Shown piece by piece: positions 13,867-27,259 of a stretch of 64,000 bases of DNA. The translations under genes were made by a program, and so were the position numbers. The notes below the pieces were generated by a model. That model was not told the origin of the DNA. It made no database searches and saw only the letters and a program-made list of their open reading frames with translations. The stretch spans positions 5,084,001 through 5,148,000 of the forward strand of contig OU015568.1 in assembly GCA_907165135.1 (NCBI GenBank). The letters are read 5' to 3'. Source of the DNA: Oikopleura dioica (lineage: Eukaryota > Animalia > Chordata). The stretch's first letter is position 1. Each line of letters begins with the position of its first letter.

Positions 13867-16211
13867 ATGCAGTTTAACGTGCAGCAAAACGCTGTTGCAC
13901 CTCAGTCTCAACCGGATTATTTACAAACGAGCCCAGGACAACCAAATCAAGGTTGAAACGAATATCAATATCCACTTACAAAATGAAAAATTAGCTCTTT
14001 CGAATCATTCCTTCATGCAACCTCCATCAAACCCCGTCCAAGAATCGAAAAAGAATAATTCGGTTCTTTACAGTATCCTCATATTTTTGTTCCTCTGTGT
14101 CTGCGGCCTACTTGTGGCCGTTATTGTCATGGGAAATCAATTGGCTGCAATCTTGAGTGGTCAAACAACTACAAGTTCAACAACGACAACAATAGAAACG
14201 ACAACAACGTCGCCTTATGAAGCTGATATTTGCTCTGGCGCTAACGAGGTCACTGTTGCTTCAAGTTTGGACATCAAGTAAGCTTCGAATTGAGACCTAG
14301 AATACACTGATATTTTAGATCTTCAAATTACCCGAGCGACTATGATGACGACACTGATTGTACCAAGGTCTTTCACGCTTCAAGCAACGGACTAACGTTT
14401 GAATTTATCGATTTCTACACTGAATCTAGTTACGATTTCCTCACCTTCTTGGACATGGACGGAAATGTTCTTGAAACACTTGATGTAATAATCGTTTTCG
14501 GACCCTTTTTTTGAAATTGAAATGATATTTAGGGTTTTCAAACAAACTATGGTCCGATCTCGTTCGAACTCTCATCAGTTCAAGTAAATTTTTATTCCGA
14601 CTTTATGGTCACCCAATCTGGTTTTCACATCCAAGTCAACGACGGATTCGATCCTGCATTTACTCCACCACCACCAGTTCCGCCAGTTCCCATTCAAGGT
14701 GGCTTGACCTGCCCCGATCCCTTTAATCCACCTTCGATCACAAGCTCTCGGATTGTTGGAGGTCAAGATGCGGTCCAAGGAAATTGGCCATGGATCGCTC
14801 ATCTTGGTGGTTGTGGAGCAACGATTTTGACGAAAAAGGCAGATGGGAGTAATGATATTATAATGACAGGAAATGCTCTAGCGAATCAGAAGCCCCTTTT
14901 TTCTCCTTCAGAAAATTAGAAACGCTCTTTAAAGCATCTTCAAAGCCGGCCATTGTTGTGGCTATTTTAGCTCAGTCGACATTGGCAAGCACAGCGAATC
15001 CGACGCCAACTACTTCACCGTACCAATTTTGGACTACCAAATCCATCCTCAATACAACGACTATACGATTTCTCACGATTACTGTATTCTCATCGTTCCC
15101 AATTTGATCAATAACGCAAGCCCTGGTGCGGTTTATGAACCCGCTTGCTTACCCGGTACGTCTTTCATTATAAATTATTTTTTTATGATTTTCTTTAGAC
15201 AGCTATTTCGGTCAGGGAAAACAGTGCAACGTTGCTGGATGGGGCACCATGAACTTTGGCGACTTCTATGGCTCCGATACACTTCAAGATGTCGATATTA
15301 CGCTTATGTCGCAGGACTATTGCGTGGCCAACAGCTATATGGAAGATTCGTTCTTGGACGAGTCCATGTTCTGCGCTGGAACTCTTGACAATGATGGTGA
15401 CGGACTTATTGATGGTGGCAAAGACTCTTGCCAGGGCGATTCTGGCGGGCCTGTTATTTGCGCTGAAAATGGGGTGCCCTTCCTAACCGGTGTCGTTTCG
15501 TGGGGGTATGGCTGCGCTAATGAAGGATACCCGGGCGTTTACGCTGATGTTTCTAACGTGAAAGACTGGGCGATGGGCTTTTTTGATGGACAAATTCCTT
15601 GCTCTTCGAACATGACCTACAATCCTGATAGCGAAAGCCCAATTTGTAATTCTCAATCAGTGGACATTTCTGAAGGCGAAACGATCGGATTCACGTAAGA
15701 TAATAGCCGAAAAAGAGAAATAATATGAAGTTTTAACTTTAAAGGATCCCGTCTAATTATGGCGATTACAATGACTGCTCATTGACAATCACAAGAGTTG
15801 GGTCAGCAAAAGCGATCAATTTGTACATAGGAATCGGATTTTATTTGATAAATAATCATGATTTTCATTTATGAGTTTTCAAAGCTCCTTAATGAATCTG
15901 CCTAAAGAATATCTCGACTTGGAGCCTGGATATGACTTCCTTTACATGAATAATAACGCCCAATCATCCATCGTCAACAAACTTGTGAGCATCGACCAAA
16001 ACAATGTTGACTTGCGATTCACATCTGACTACAGTATTTCGAGCTTTAGTGGACTTCAGATGACCGTCATGCTTGGAGACTACGGTAACTATTTTCTTAC
16101 TTACATCTTCTTAGTTTTTTAGATAACGAATGCGACATCACTGTGTCCAGATCCCTCGAAAACGCACGCAAGCCAAAATCATTGAAGAAACGAAAAACCA
16201 ATGTTCAATAA
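13867..16211 (+). CDS. Type II transmembrane serine protease paralog A (TM - 1 CUB - trypsin - CUB)
   Basis: TM VLYSILIFLFLCVCGLLVAVIVMG; CUB (SNYPSDY..C..FYTESSYDFL..SGFHIQV); activation site SSR|IVGG; triad [19 protein letters not shown]; C-terminal CUB. Confidence 0.9.
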
Positions 16212-16362
16212 CTGTTTGTTAATAAAGGAGAATGTTTGATTTTCCGGTCTTGATATCTAAGAGTCTCTAGAACATTCTTACAAAATTTGTTGTGAGGAGT
16301 AAAAGTACTTTTATCGTCAGTTTCAAAAGAGCCCCCATCCGGGAGACACGGTTTTCGGGAAG

Positions 16363-19300
16363 ATGCAGATAAATGTGCAGCAAAACGCTGCCGAGCCTCC
16401 TAGTCAACCTGGATATTCACAACCTTATCCAGGGCAAGGAGGACTTTACCCAGAACAACCCAATCAAGGTACCTGAAGAATATTGTTTTTAATCATTCAA
16501 GCCGCTTGAGCACAGAGTTGGAAAAGAAGTAGGATAGTAACATAGACTATGTTACATAGTAGTTTAGTAAATTAATTCATTTTACTACATCGGACGGTAG
16601 TAATGGTAGTACGTAGTAGCATTGTAGCATGTTACTTTATTTCCAACTCTGCTTGAGCATAAAGGATTCATTTGGTTTTTAGTCCTGTCTAATCATTCCT
16701 TTGTTCCACAACCTCCCCAGCAGCCACCGAAGAAGAACAGCTCGAATCCGGTTATTCTTGGTCTCATCGGGTTTTTACTCATCTGTGTCCTTGGTCTTGG
16801 CGCCATCATTGGAACCAGTTCCGATGCTCCCACACCTACAGATCCCCCAACGACAACGACTACGACTACAACCACGACAACAACAATTGGCTATTTCGAT
16901 GATATTTGTTCTGGTTCCTACGATAACACCGTTGTTTCGTCTTTGGACATCACGTTTGATCGTATCTCTTGATTTCTCTACATTCATGCTGGAATTTTAG
17001 GTCTCCAAATTATCCAAACAGCTATAATAACAACGCATACTGTACCAAAGCCTTCCACTCTTCAAGCGGTGACGGACTAACATTTGATTTCATCGATTTC
17101 GACACAGAATCGTGCTGCGATTACCTAATGATTTTGGACGCAAATGGCAATACTCTTTATTATGTTTACGTGAGAATTCGTAGAAAAAATTCCAATGGCT
17201 AATTTAATTAAAGGGATCGTACACTGGTGCAGTCGTATTTGAAGAGCCAACAGTCATAGTTCAATTTTCTACGGATAGCTCGGTAACCTACTCGGGATTT
17301 CACATCCAAGTCAGCGACGGAATCGACTCTTCGTATTCTGAAAATATTTGCTCTCAAAACTACGATAACAACGTTGAGACAACTATGGATATCAAGTAAG
17401 CTGTATTTTTTTACAATTTTCTTCAAAAACTTCAGGTCGCCGAATTACCCAGAAAGCTACCATGGCTACTATCACTGTTCGAAAGAATTCCACTCTTCAA
17501 GCAATGGACTCACGTTTGACGTTCTCTATTTCGCTATCCATCCTTACGACAATGTTTGGCTCTCTGATCAGAATGGAAACACCATTCAAAGTATTTCTGT
17601 AAGTTTTTTTTCTTTTGCTAATGATTTGGAAATGATCATTTTTAACAGGGCGTCGGAACTATCCAAGTATCATCACCAACAGTCGCGTTTAACTTTTATT
17701 CTGATGGCTATTACGCAGCATATGGATTTCATGTACAAGTCAGCGACGGAGTCGACGCTTCATTAAACACTGACAGTATCTGCGATGGCGAATACAATAA
17801 TTACGTCGATTCAGCAATGAACATCACGTAACATCAGCAATATCAATTTTCTCTTAGTGAAAGTTTAGATCGCCAAACTACCCGAATAATTACAACGATA
17901 ACGCTGATTGCACTAAAGTTTTCCATTCTTCAAGCGGCGATGGGCTCACTTTTGAGCTCATCGATTTCAACACCGAAACAAACTACGATTACGTTTTCTT
18001 TTCCGATATATATGGAAACACTCTAGATTATTTTCACGTAAGCTACTCTTGAAATGGTCGATTATTTATCTATTTTTTATAAAAGGGCTATCACTCTGGT
18101 GAGACCATTTCATTTCAACTGTCATCAGTCCAAGTTCGATTCTACTCCGATTACATGGTGACAAGATCCGGCTTTCACATCCAAGTCACCGATGAATTCG
18201 TCGGAACACAGTCTGCAAGTATTTGTTCTGGCAGCTACGACAACTACGTCAATTCAACTTTGGACATCACGTAAGTTTATGATTGACATTCGATTTTAAT
18301 AGAACGATTTAAATAAAATGATTCGATTTCAATAAGACGAATCTAATAAAACGTACATTTTAGCTCTCCAAACTATCCAGGCAACTATTATAATAGCGCG
18401 GATTGTTCGAAGGTCTTTCATTCTTCAAGTGATGGACTGACTTTTCAGTTCATCGATTTCATCACCGAGTCGTGCTGCGACCACGTGACGTTCTCTGATT
18501 CGAATGGCGATATTCTTGAAACCGCGAATGTATGTTTTTTCTTAAGATTTTTAACTCCAAATCATTTTAAGGGCGTTGAATCGGGAATTATCTCATTCCA
18601 ATTACAGTCAGTCTACATTCATTTCCATTCCGACTACTCGGTTACCTATTCTGGATTCCACATCCAAGTCAGTGATGGATACGACCCTTCATTTGACACA
18701 ACGCCGATTCCCATCGAAAGTGGCTTGACCTGTTCTGATCCTTACAATCCACCTTCGGTTTCAAGCTCTCGAATTGTTGGAGGACAAGATGCTGTTGACG
18801 GACACTGGCCTTGGATCGCTCATCTTGGAGGATGTGGCGCAACGATTTTGACGAAAAAGGCAGATGGCAGTAACGATGTTATTATGACAGCCGGACACTG
18901 TTGTGGATATTTTAGCTCTGTCGACATTGGCAAGCACAACGAATACAACAGTACCTTCTTCACTGTCCCCATTTTGCACTACGAGATCCATCCTCAATAC
19001 AATGACTCAACAATCTCTCACGATTACTGCATTCTGATCGTCCCCAATTTAATCGACAATGCGATTCCTGGTGCTGTTTTTGAGCCTGCTTGTTTACCAG
19101 GAAAGGGTTGATGTCTCTTATTTATAGATAAAAAGTTATCATCAGAAAACTCCCAAAAGATGGTCATTTTGGACATGGCAAACAATGCAATGTTGCTGGA
19201 TGGGGTGGATTATATTATGGGGATTGGTATGGATCCGCTGTTCTTCAAGATGTCGATATAACAGTTATGTCACAGGACTATTGCGTCGCCAACAGTCATC

Positions 19301-20250
19301 TTGACTATTCAAATTTGGACGAATCCATGTTCTGCGCCGGAACTCTGGACAATGATGGCGACGGACTTGTTGATGGTGGCAAGGACTCTTGCCAGGGCGA
19401 TTCTGGTGGACCAGTTATTTGCGCTGAAAATGGAGTGCCTTTTTTAACCGGCGTCGTTTCGTGGGGCTATGGCTGTGCTAATGAAGGATATCCCGGCGTC
19501 TATGCTGATGTTTCGAACGTGAAAGATTGGGCAATGGGCTTCTTTGATTTTGATGTTCCGTGCTTTGCTGAACTCCCCTACAATCCAGATACTGAAAGTT
19601 CTTTTTGCAACATCACCTCCCTCGATATTTCTGAAGGAGAGACATTTGGAATAACGTGAGTTACCCTTGATACTATCAAGTTGATAGTATCAAGAAGGCG
19701 ATCTTCTAAAATTGTTCAGGATTCCATCTAACTACGGCGACTATAACGACTGCTCGATGAAAATATCAAGAATCGGGTCAACAAAGGCGATCAATATGTA
19801 CATAGGCATCGGGACTCATTGCATTATTTTACAAAGATGGCCCGAAGGTCTTCCAGGAAGGCCAGTCTTCCACCAGAAAAAGTCCTCCAGGGGTTCTCTA
19901 AGAGTCACAAAGGATAAAGATGGTACTGTTATGAATCCGTTCAAAGAATATCTTGACTTGGAACCTGGATGGGACTTCCTTTACATCAACAATAATGCTC
20001 AATCATCCATGTTCTACAAACTTGTGAGCATTGATCAAGAAGAAGTTGATTTGCGATTCACTTCAGATTGGATTTTTCATCATTTCAATGGACTCAAAAT
20101 GACTGTCATGCTCGGAGATTACGGTAAACATCGAAGTTCGCGGCTTGTTTCATTTTTTTAGACAACGAATGCGACATTGCTGTGGCACGATCGTTGAAAG
20201 AAGCTAAAAAGCCAAAGTCTTTACTGAAGAAAAAAGCTGGTTTCCAATAA
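16363..20250 (+). CDS. Type II transmembrane serine protease paralog B (TM - 4 CUB - trypsin - CUB)
   Basis: TM NPVILGLIGFLLICVLGLGAIIG; four SPNYP...GFHIQV CUB units; SSR|IVGG; TAGHC, HDYC, GDSGGP. Confidence 0.9.
16513..16651. mobile_element. 139-bp hAT-like MITE in intron 1 of protease B
   Basis: TIR CAGAGTTGGAAA / TTTCCAACTCTG; 8-bp TSD CTTGAGCA at 16505-16512 and 16652-16659; TAGTA-rich interior. Confidence 0.8.
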
Positions 20251-20439
20251 TTGCTGAATAAAAGGGAAAAAGTTGAAGTACTGAATGCTTGATTTTGAGT
20301 CAAAAAAATTGAAAGTTCAAAAATTTCTCTGTTAATCTCTAGAACACTTGAAAAAAGTTTATTTTCCGGGTATCTCAAGTCAGTTCAAATTTTAAACTCT
20401 GAAAGGAGCCTCCCTCTCGGAGAAAGGGTTTTTAGGAGG

Positions 20440-23400
20440 ATGATCGTAAATGTGCAGCAAAATGCCGCTGCTCCTCAACAGCAACCTGGATTTGTACAGC
20501 CAAGTCCTGTATACTCACAGCAACCACCTCAAGGTTAGTAACTTATTTTTTAGTCCAAATTTTTGCCCTAAAAACCGAAGCGATAAATCGTATTTTGACA
20601 TGAAAAAGGGGGTTCCACAAATTTATGTCAAATCATTTCTTAGTTCCACCTCCTGCTCAGCAGCAGCCCGAAAAGAAAAACTCGAATCCGATTATTCTCG
20701 CTGTCATTGTATTTTTAATCATCTGTATCGTCGGTATCGTAGCAGGCATTGCTATGAGTGCCAATCCTCCCCCACCTGAAGATCCTCCAACGACAACTAC
20801 GACTACAACAACAGAAGAAACAACGACAACAATCGGCTACTCTGCTGATCTTTGCTCTGGTCTCTTCGATAACAATGTTGATTCCGCATCATCTTTGGAC
20901 ATCAAGTAAGATATTTTCTATCAAGTATATGCGGTCTTAAATTTTAGATCCCCAAATTATCCAGGCAGCTATGATGAACACACGGACTGTAGCAAAATCT
21001 TCCACTCTTCAAGCGGCGAAGGACTCACCTTTGAATTCATCGTTTTCGACACAGAATTGTGCTGCGATTATGTTCGTTTCTTCGATTTTACTGAAACTGA
21101 GCTTGAAACGTTTTATGTAAGAATTATTTTAAGAAAACCAAAAACTCTAAAATTGAAACTAAGGGAATTCGCTCCGGGAAAGTCACGTTTCAAGAGCCAA
21201 CAGTCCAAGTTGATTTTTATTCTGATGGCTCGGTTTCTCATTCGGGATTTCACATTCAAGTCAGTGATGGAGTCGACCCTTCGTTATTGGACAATATTTG
21301 CTCTGAACCCTCAGAGAGCTGGGTTCAGTCAACAATGCACATCAAGTAGGCTTTTTGATTGATTTCAAGGAATTTATTTTTCATCTTTTAGGTCTCCAAA
21401 TTACCCGGAAAACTATCACGGCTTCTATTACTGCGCTAAAGAGCTTCACTCTTTCAGCAATGGACTGACATTTGACATTCTCGACCTCAATGTCAATAAT
21501 AACGATAATGTTTGGCTCTCTGATCAACATGGAAACCTTCTTCAAAGTCTCACTGTAAGTTTTCTTCAGAAGATTTTTATCAATGACTCACCCATTTGTT
21601 TTACAGGAGGTCGGAAGTATCGGAATCGAATCGACATCAATCAAGCTCAATTTTTACTCTGATGGCTCGTCTCCAGCAGCTGGATTCCACATTCAAGTCA
21701 GCGACGGCGGCGTCGACTCTTCATCGTCAAATGATATCTGCTCTGGCGACCTCAATAATGACGTTGACACGACTCTGGACATCAAGTCGCCAAACTACCC
21801 GTCGAACTACAATGATAACACGGATTGTGCGAAAATTTACCACTCTCCAAGCGGCGATGGACTCACTTTCGAGTTCCTCGATTTCAACACCGAGGTGGGC
21901 TTCGACTACGTTCACTTTGAAGATTCAAATGGAGACAATCTTGTTACTCTCGATGTAAGTTTTTATCAACGAATTTATAAGTTAAATTTTCCATTAAGGG
22001 TGGTCACTCCGACACACTTTCTTTCCAAGAACCGTCAGTCGGAGTTCATTTTACATCCGATGGTGGTGTGACAAGAACTGGCTTTCACATCCAAGTCACT
22101 GATGGATACGTCTCTACATCGTCCAGTAATATTTGTTCTGGCAGCCACGATAACACTGTTGTTTCACCTATCGATATCAGGTGTGTTATCATTGAAAACT
22201 TTACCTGACGAAGTTTGAAGGTCTCCAAACTACCCGGAGAGCTACGCTCATAACACGGATTGTTCCAAAGTCTTCCATTCTTCCAGCGATGGACTAACTT
22301 TCCAGTTCATCGATTTCCATACCGAAGAAGATAACGATTACCTCGACTTCTCAGATGAAAATGGTGACAATCTCGAGTCAATTCATGTATATCCCCGTCT
22401 TTTTCTAACAAAACAATCACTTAAATTTTAAGGGATACCGCTCGGGAATGATTTCGTTTCAAGAGCCGTCTGTTCATCTTCGTTTTCATTCCGATTGGTC
22501 GGAACAAAAGTCGGGTTTTCGCATTCAAGTCAGTGATGGCTACGATCCTTCACACGACACGACAGCGACTCACATTGAACATGGCTTGCATTGCCCTGAT
22601 CCCTTCAATCCACCTTCGATTTCAAGCTCTCGAATTGTTGGAGGTCACGACGCTGTTCAAGGAGACTGGCCATGGATCGCGCATCTTGGAGGCTGTGGCG
22701 CAACGATTTTGACGAAAAAAACAGATGGCAGTAACGATGTTATAATGACAGGAAATGCTTCAAAACAACTGACAGCAATATAAGATCAAAGCAGTACTTG
22801 AACGAATTCGAAGCATGCTCAAAGCCGCTCATTGCTGTGGCTACTACAGCTCTGTCGATATTGGCAAACACAACGAACACAATACAGATGACTTCGCTAC
22901 CGTCCCCATTTTGCACTACGAGATCCACCCTCAATACGACGACAATTCAGTTTCCCACGATTACTGCATTCTCATTGTCCCCAATTTAATCGACAACGCT
23001 GACGCGCATTTTGAGCCTGCTTGTTTACCAGGAAGGGATTGACTTTTTTTTCCTTAGTTTCAAAGAATGAAAAAGGACCCTCAAAAGATGCTTATTTTGG
23101 ACATGGAAAACAATGCCACGTTGCCGGATGGGGTGCTTTATACTCCGGCGACATCCACGGGTCCAGTATTCTTCAGGAAGTAGATATAACGCTTATGTCG
23201 GAAGACTACTGCGTCGCCAACAGTCATCTGGAATATTTTAATTTGGATGATTCAATGTTCTGCGCCGGAACTCTGGACGATGATGGGAATGGCTTGACTG
23301 ATGGTCTCAAAGACTCTTGCCAGGGCGATTCTGGTGGACCAGTTATTTGCGCTGAAAACGGCGTTCCCTTCTTGTCCGGCGTCGTTTCGTGGGGCAATGG

Positions 23401-24014
23401 CTGTGCAGGGGAAGGGTATCCTGGCGTCTATGCTGATGTTTCGAGCGTCAAAGACTGGGCGATGGGCTTCTTTGATGATTATGATATTCCGTGCTATTCT
23501 GAAGTCGCCTACAATCCTCAAATGGAGCTTTATCTTTGCGACATAACCGACATGGATATTTCGGAAGGGCATGTTATCGGATTCAGGTAAAATTTGCTCT
23601 ATCAATTGGTCTTCAAATTCTTTAGGACTCAACATCACTACGGCAATTTTAACGACTGCTCGATGAAAATAACAAGAGAAGACCCAACAAAGGCCATCAA
23701 TATCTACATTGAATATATCGACTTGGAACCTGGAGCGGACTTTCTCTGGATCAACGATAACGCTCAATCAACTGTTTCCAACAAACTTGTCAGCCTTGAT
23801 CAAGACATTGTCGAATTCCGATTCACTTCGGATTGGAATAACTACAACTTCAATGGAGTGCGAATGATGATTATGCTCGGAGAACACGGTAAACCTAAAA
23901 TTTGCGATTTTTTTTCATTTTTTAGAAACCGGATGCGATTTCGCCGGATCAAGATCGATGAAAGATGCTCGAAAGCCAAAGTCTTTGATGAAAAAAAGAA
24001 CTGATTCTCAATAA
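20440..24014 (+). CDS. Type II transmembrane serine protease paralog C (TM - 4 CUB - trypsin - CUB)
   Basis: TM NPIILAVIVFLIICIVGIVAGIAMS; four CUB units; SSR|IVGG; [19 protein letters not shown]. Confidence 0.9.
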
Positions 24015-24800
24015 TAATTGCTGAATAAACTTGAAATTTTTTAAGTACTGAATGATTGATTTTTGAGTCATTTTTCAAGAATCAAAGAAAGATACTAGAT
24101 AGTAGCTAGCGTCATTTTGATAAAAGAACCCTTGTTCTTTGCTAATTATCAAAGCTAAAAAAGCAGATAGCAGCAGTACTTTGCTTATCAGAAATAATTG
24201 GACATCGCTTGCGAGCGTGAGTATAAACATTTTGCGCCGCAGCGCGATGGCGTCATTTTACTAGAATCGAGAAGTTCACGTTGTCGCTCTGCTGCATTTT
24301 TAAGACGCCTGCTCTTTTCAGCGCTTGCAAATTGGGAGGGAAACATTCATTTCTTACCAGATTACGGCAGAAATGTTTAGACGCGGATGGTTTTATCTGT
24401 CGCGAAATTGCGGCTCTCCCAAGTGGCAATTTTAAAATTTCTGCGCTATCTCCCAATTTTGGGCGACCTCACCCTCTTTATCTCCTCGCTCGACTTGAGA
24501 ATTTTCATGTCTATCGAAAGAGCCCCGCCGCGGTAAGAGGATCGCCGCGGTTTTGTAACTCTAGAATTTTTTCTTACGAACGATCAAGGATCACATTGCT
24601 CAGATTCTTGAGATCCCCGGCGCTAGAATTTGGTCAAGTACGATTCATAAGAATAATTCAAGCGGAAGATTCTCAAATTGACAAAATAAAAAGAATCATT
24701 ATTTACGCCATCATGGGAAACGAGCATATGCTCTTCATTTGCCCATTTTTTGCAAAAAATTGATGACAAAGTGTGTCATTTGAGAATTTTTTCTTAAAAA

Positions 24801-26328
24801 ATGAAGCTTCTTTTATCATTTTGGGGACTTGTTTTGAGCGTGGATCCGTGTTTGAGTGGAGAGAATCAGCCAAATTATGGGGGAAGCTGCTGGAATAAAT
24901 GGGGATCTGTCGAGGATATTGATCAATGGGCTGAGGAAAATTGTGGAGTCAATAGTTGTCCTGAAGGGGTTGATCTTACAGGAGAGGATTTATTGATATG
25001 GCCCATATCATATGGCCCATATGATATGGGTTAATAATATTCATATTGAAGTAATCCTATAAGTGGAATCAAATTGGTATAAAAATATTAATTTTTACTA
25101 CAATTCAAGGAAAAAAAAATAATTTGAGAACGACAAAATAATAATTAACTTTATGGTTTCCACAATAATCTGAAATCCTCACCAGAAAACTGCTTCACCA
25201 ATCCCTTCCCGTACAAACCCAACGATCTCAAGCCAATTTCTTTGGAAGAATATGAAAAATTCCTTGCCAAGCAAGAAAAACCCGACTTCAACAACGACCC
25301 CGAGTGTGCTGATGTCCTCAAGCCCTACCAGGTTGCTCTTGATTCCTGAGAGTTTTTTTGATCTTCTTTTCAGGAATGGTTCAACTCGCCAAACGTTCAA
25401 AACTGCAAGTTCAACATTGACATGACAAACAAATACGGAGAGGTCCAGTGTAAGTCCTAACCCTCTCTTGCCACCTGAGAATCAATTCTAGCGACGATGT
25501 TCTACTCAAACAACACCGAAGCCGCCGGATGCAATCAAAACGGCAGCGGTCGAGATGATCTTAAAGGTTGCTACTGCGATCTTTCTCCTTCAAACATCTG
25601 GCTCGAAATCAGCAACGACTTGACAAAGACACATCCTCAGAATCCAAAAACTGTCCGTCGATCTGCCGAGGTAAGGAAACAAGTTGATTTTTTTCTGAGA
25701 ATTTTTAGCTTTTCGACTTGTCCTCGGATATCGCAGAAGTAGGCACGCTGAATGAGAATATCTACCGAGAAATGAGACATGCCAAGAATCATGCGAATAT
25801 GAACAACTGGTAAGGGCCCTACCCTAAGGCGATAAAAAACGAGAAAGATTCGTATTTCGAGAAACCATAACTTAATTTTTTCTGTTTTGTATTTGTACAA
25901 AAATATATTTAAATCTTGGACTTAAATATAAAAACTTTCAAGAAGTTCAGCTTTTATACCCCTACCATTATAATGTTAGATATCTTACTTATTTCTAGGC
26001 GTATGGATTGTCTGTATTGCGCAATGATGGACGTCAACGAGCGCCTGATCGGCAAAACGTTTTACTTCGAATACGTGCTGGAAACTTACGAGGCCTATGT
26101 GGATTATCTCATGCATTTAACCTGCGCAGGTGGCCCGATTTATTTTCTGATGCAGCTTCTTAAAACTCAAATCTTCTAGTTCAATACAATGAGGAAATCA
26201 TGATCTACATCAGGAACGAGTTCGAGGAGATCAAGGAAGAAATCGAAAATGGCGAGGAATTCTGTAATGGACCTGGAGAAAGTTGCTTTGAGGGCAAAGA
26301 CTGTAGTCTTGGAACTTGTGTTTTTTGA
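24801..26328 (+). CDS. Secreted Cys-rich acidic protein of unknown function (multi-exon)
   Basis: Signal peptide MKLLLSFWGLVLS; codon-like exons at ~25192-25329, 25374-25449, 25491-25670, 26000-26129 and 26180-26328, with GT-AG boundaries; ends CFEGKDCSLGTCVF-stop. Confidence 0.6.
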
Positions 26329-27053
26329 CGCTGAAAATTGAAATAAAAATTTTGCTATTTTGTATTTCGAAATTTCTTAGAAAAAAGCTTTTTCTTGTCT
26401 GCTAGACAGATTGTCTAGTAGACAGGAAATATAAAAATTGAATATTGTTAGTAAAACGTCATTTGCTCGGCCAAAGATTGACAAAATTGAGTTTTTCCTA
26501 ACATTTTGAGAGATCAACCAATCAGACGAGAGAGGGATGAAAATTGAGAATCTTGGGCAAATTTTCTGAAGTTTTATCGATAATTTTAGACCCGAAATAT
26601 CCACTTTGCTTTCTGATTATTTTGGACAAAGCCTCTTGAGCACCATAATTGCGTTAGATCGTTACATTGCTAATTACATTTCCGCATGTTTAGATGAGAT
26701 ACAAATGCAATTTAAAATGGGAGACAAAGGAGTCGCTTCAGAGAAAGCGCCTTCGATGAATTGAACGTAACGGGCGCGCTCTTTTTGTGCCGCACTTGGT
26801 GTGGTGGAGCGACTAGACCCTTAATGGTGCATCTAACAAGGTTCTTTTGCTATGATACTGGACCCAGGCCCAGGAGAAGGTACTAGACCCCTCTTACCGG
26901 CAGTGAGGAGAGAGATAACAATGTGAATGTAACATGTTTAAAATTGCAAGCCAGGATTACCGCAACAATATGTTATTATGCAGTAGATAGCGAAAATTTT
27001 TGAAGAAAGAAGCGGTTTTTCCATTTATTCAGAAATCCTACAAAATTTTGGTA

Positions 27054-27259
27054 CAGTGGTATGAGCGGTTTCCGCACCCCTATTTTTCGCCTTTAAAAAT
27101 TCATATCTTTTGATTGAGATATGATATTCGATTTCTGTTTCCAGTTATGAAATTTTCAAGCCATTTTCTATTAGGGAAAAATACAATAAATAGAGTTTTT
27201 TGAAATTATCTGTGTAATTTTAAAAAATCGTAGGGGTGCGGAAACCGCTCATACCGCTG
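27054..27259. mobile_element. 206-bp Tc1/mariner-type MITE
   Basis: 29-bp TIR CAGTGGTATGAGCGGTTTCCGCACCCCTA with one mismatch; TA target duplication on both sides. Confidence 0.9.

Noticed and set aside
24281-24763. 160-aa intergenic ORF between protease C and the next gene
   Set aside because: Starts at a non-ATG codon, has atypical composition, and shows no splice or motif support.
24996-25031. ATATGGCCCATAT tandem/palindromic micro-repeat
   Set aside because: Too short and has no TSD. It is probably a local slippage product in an intron.
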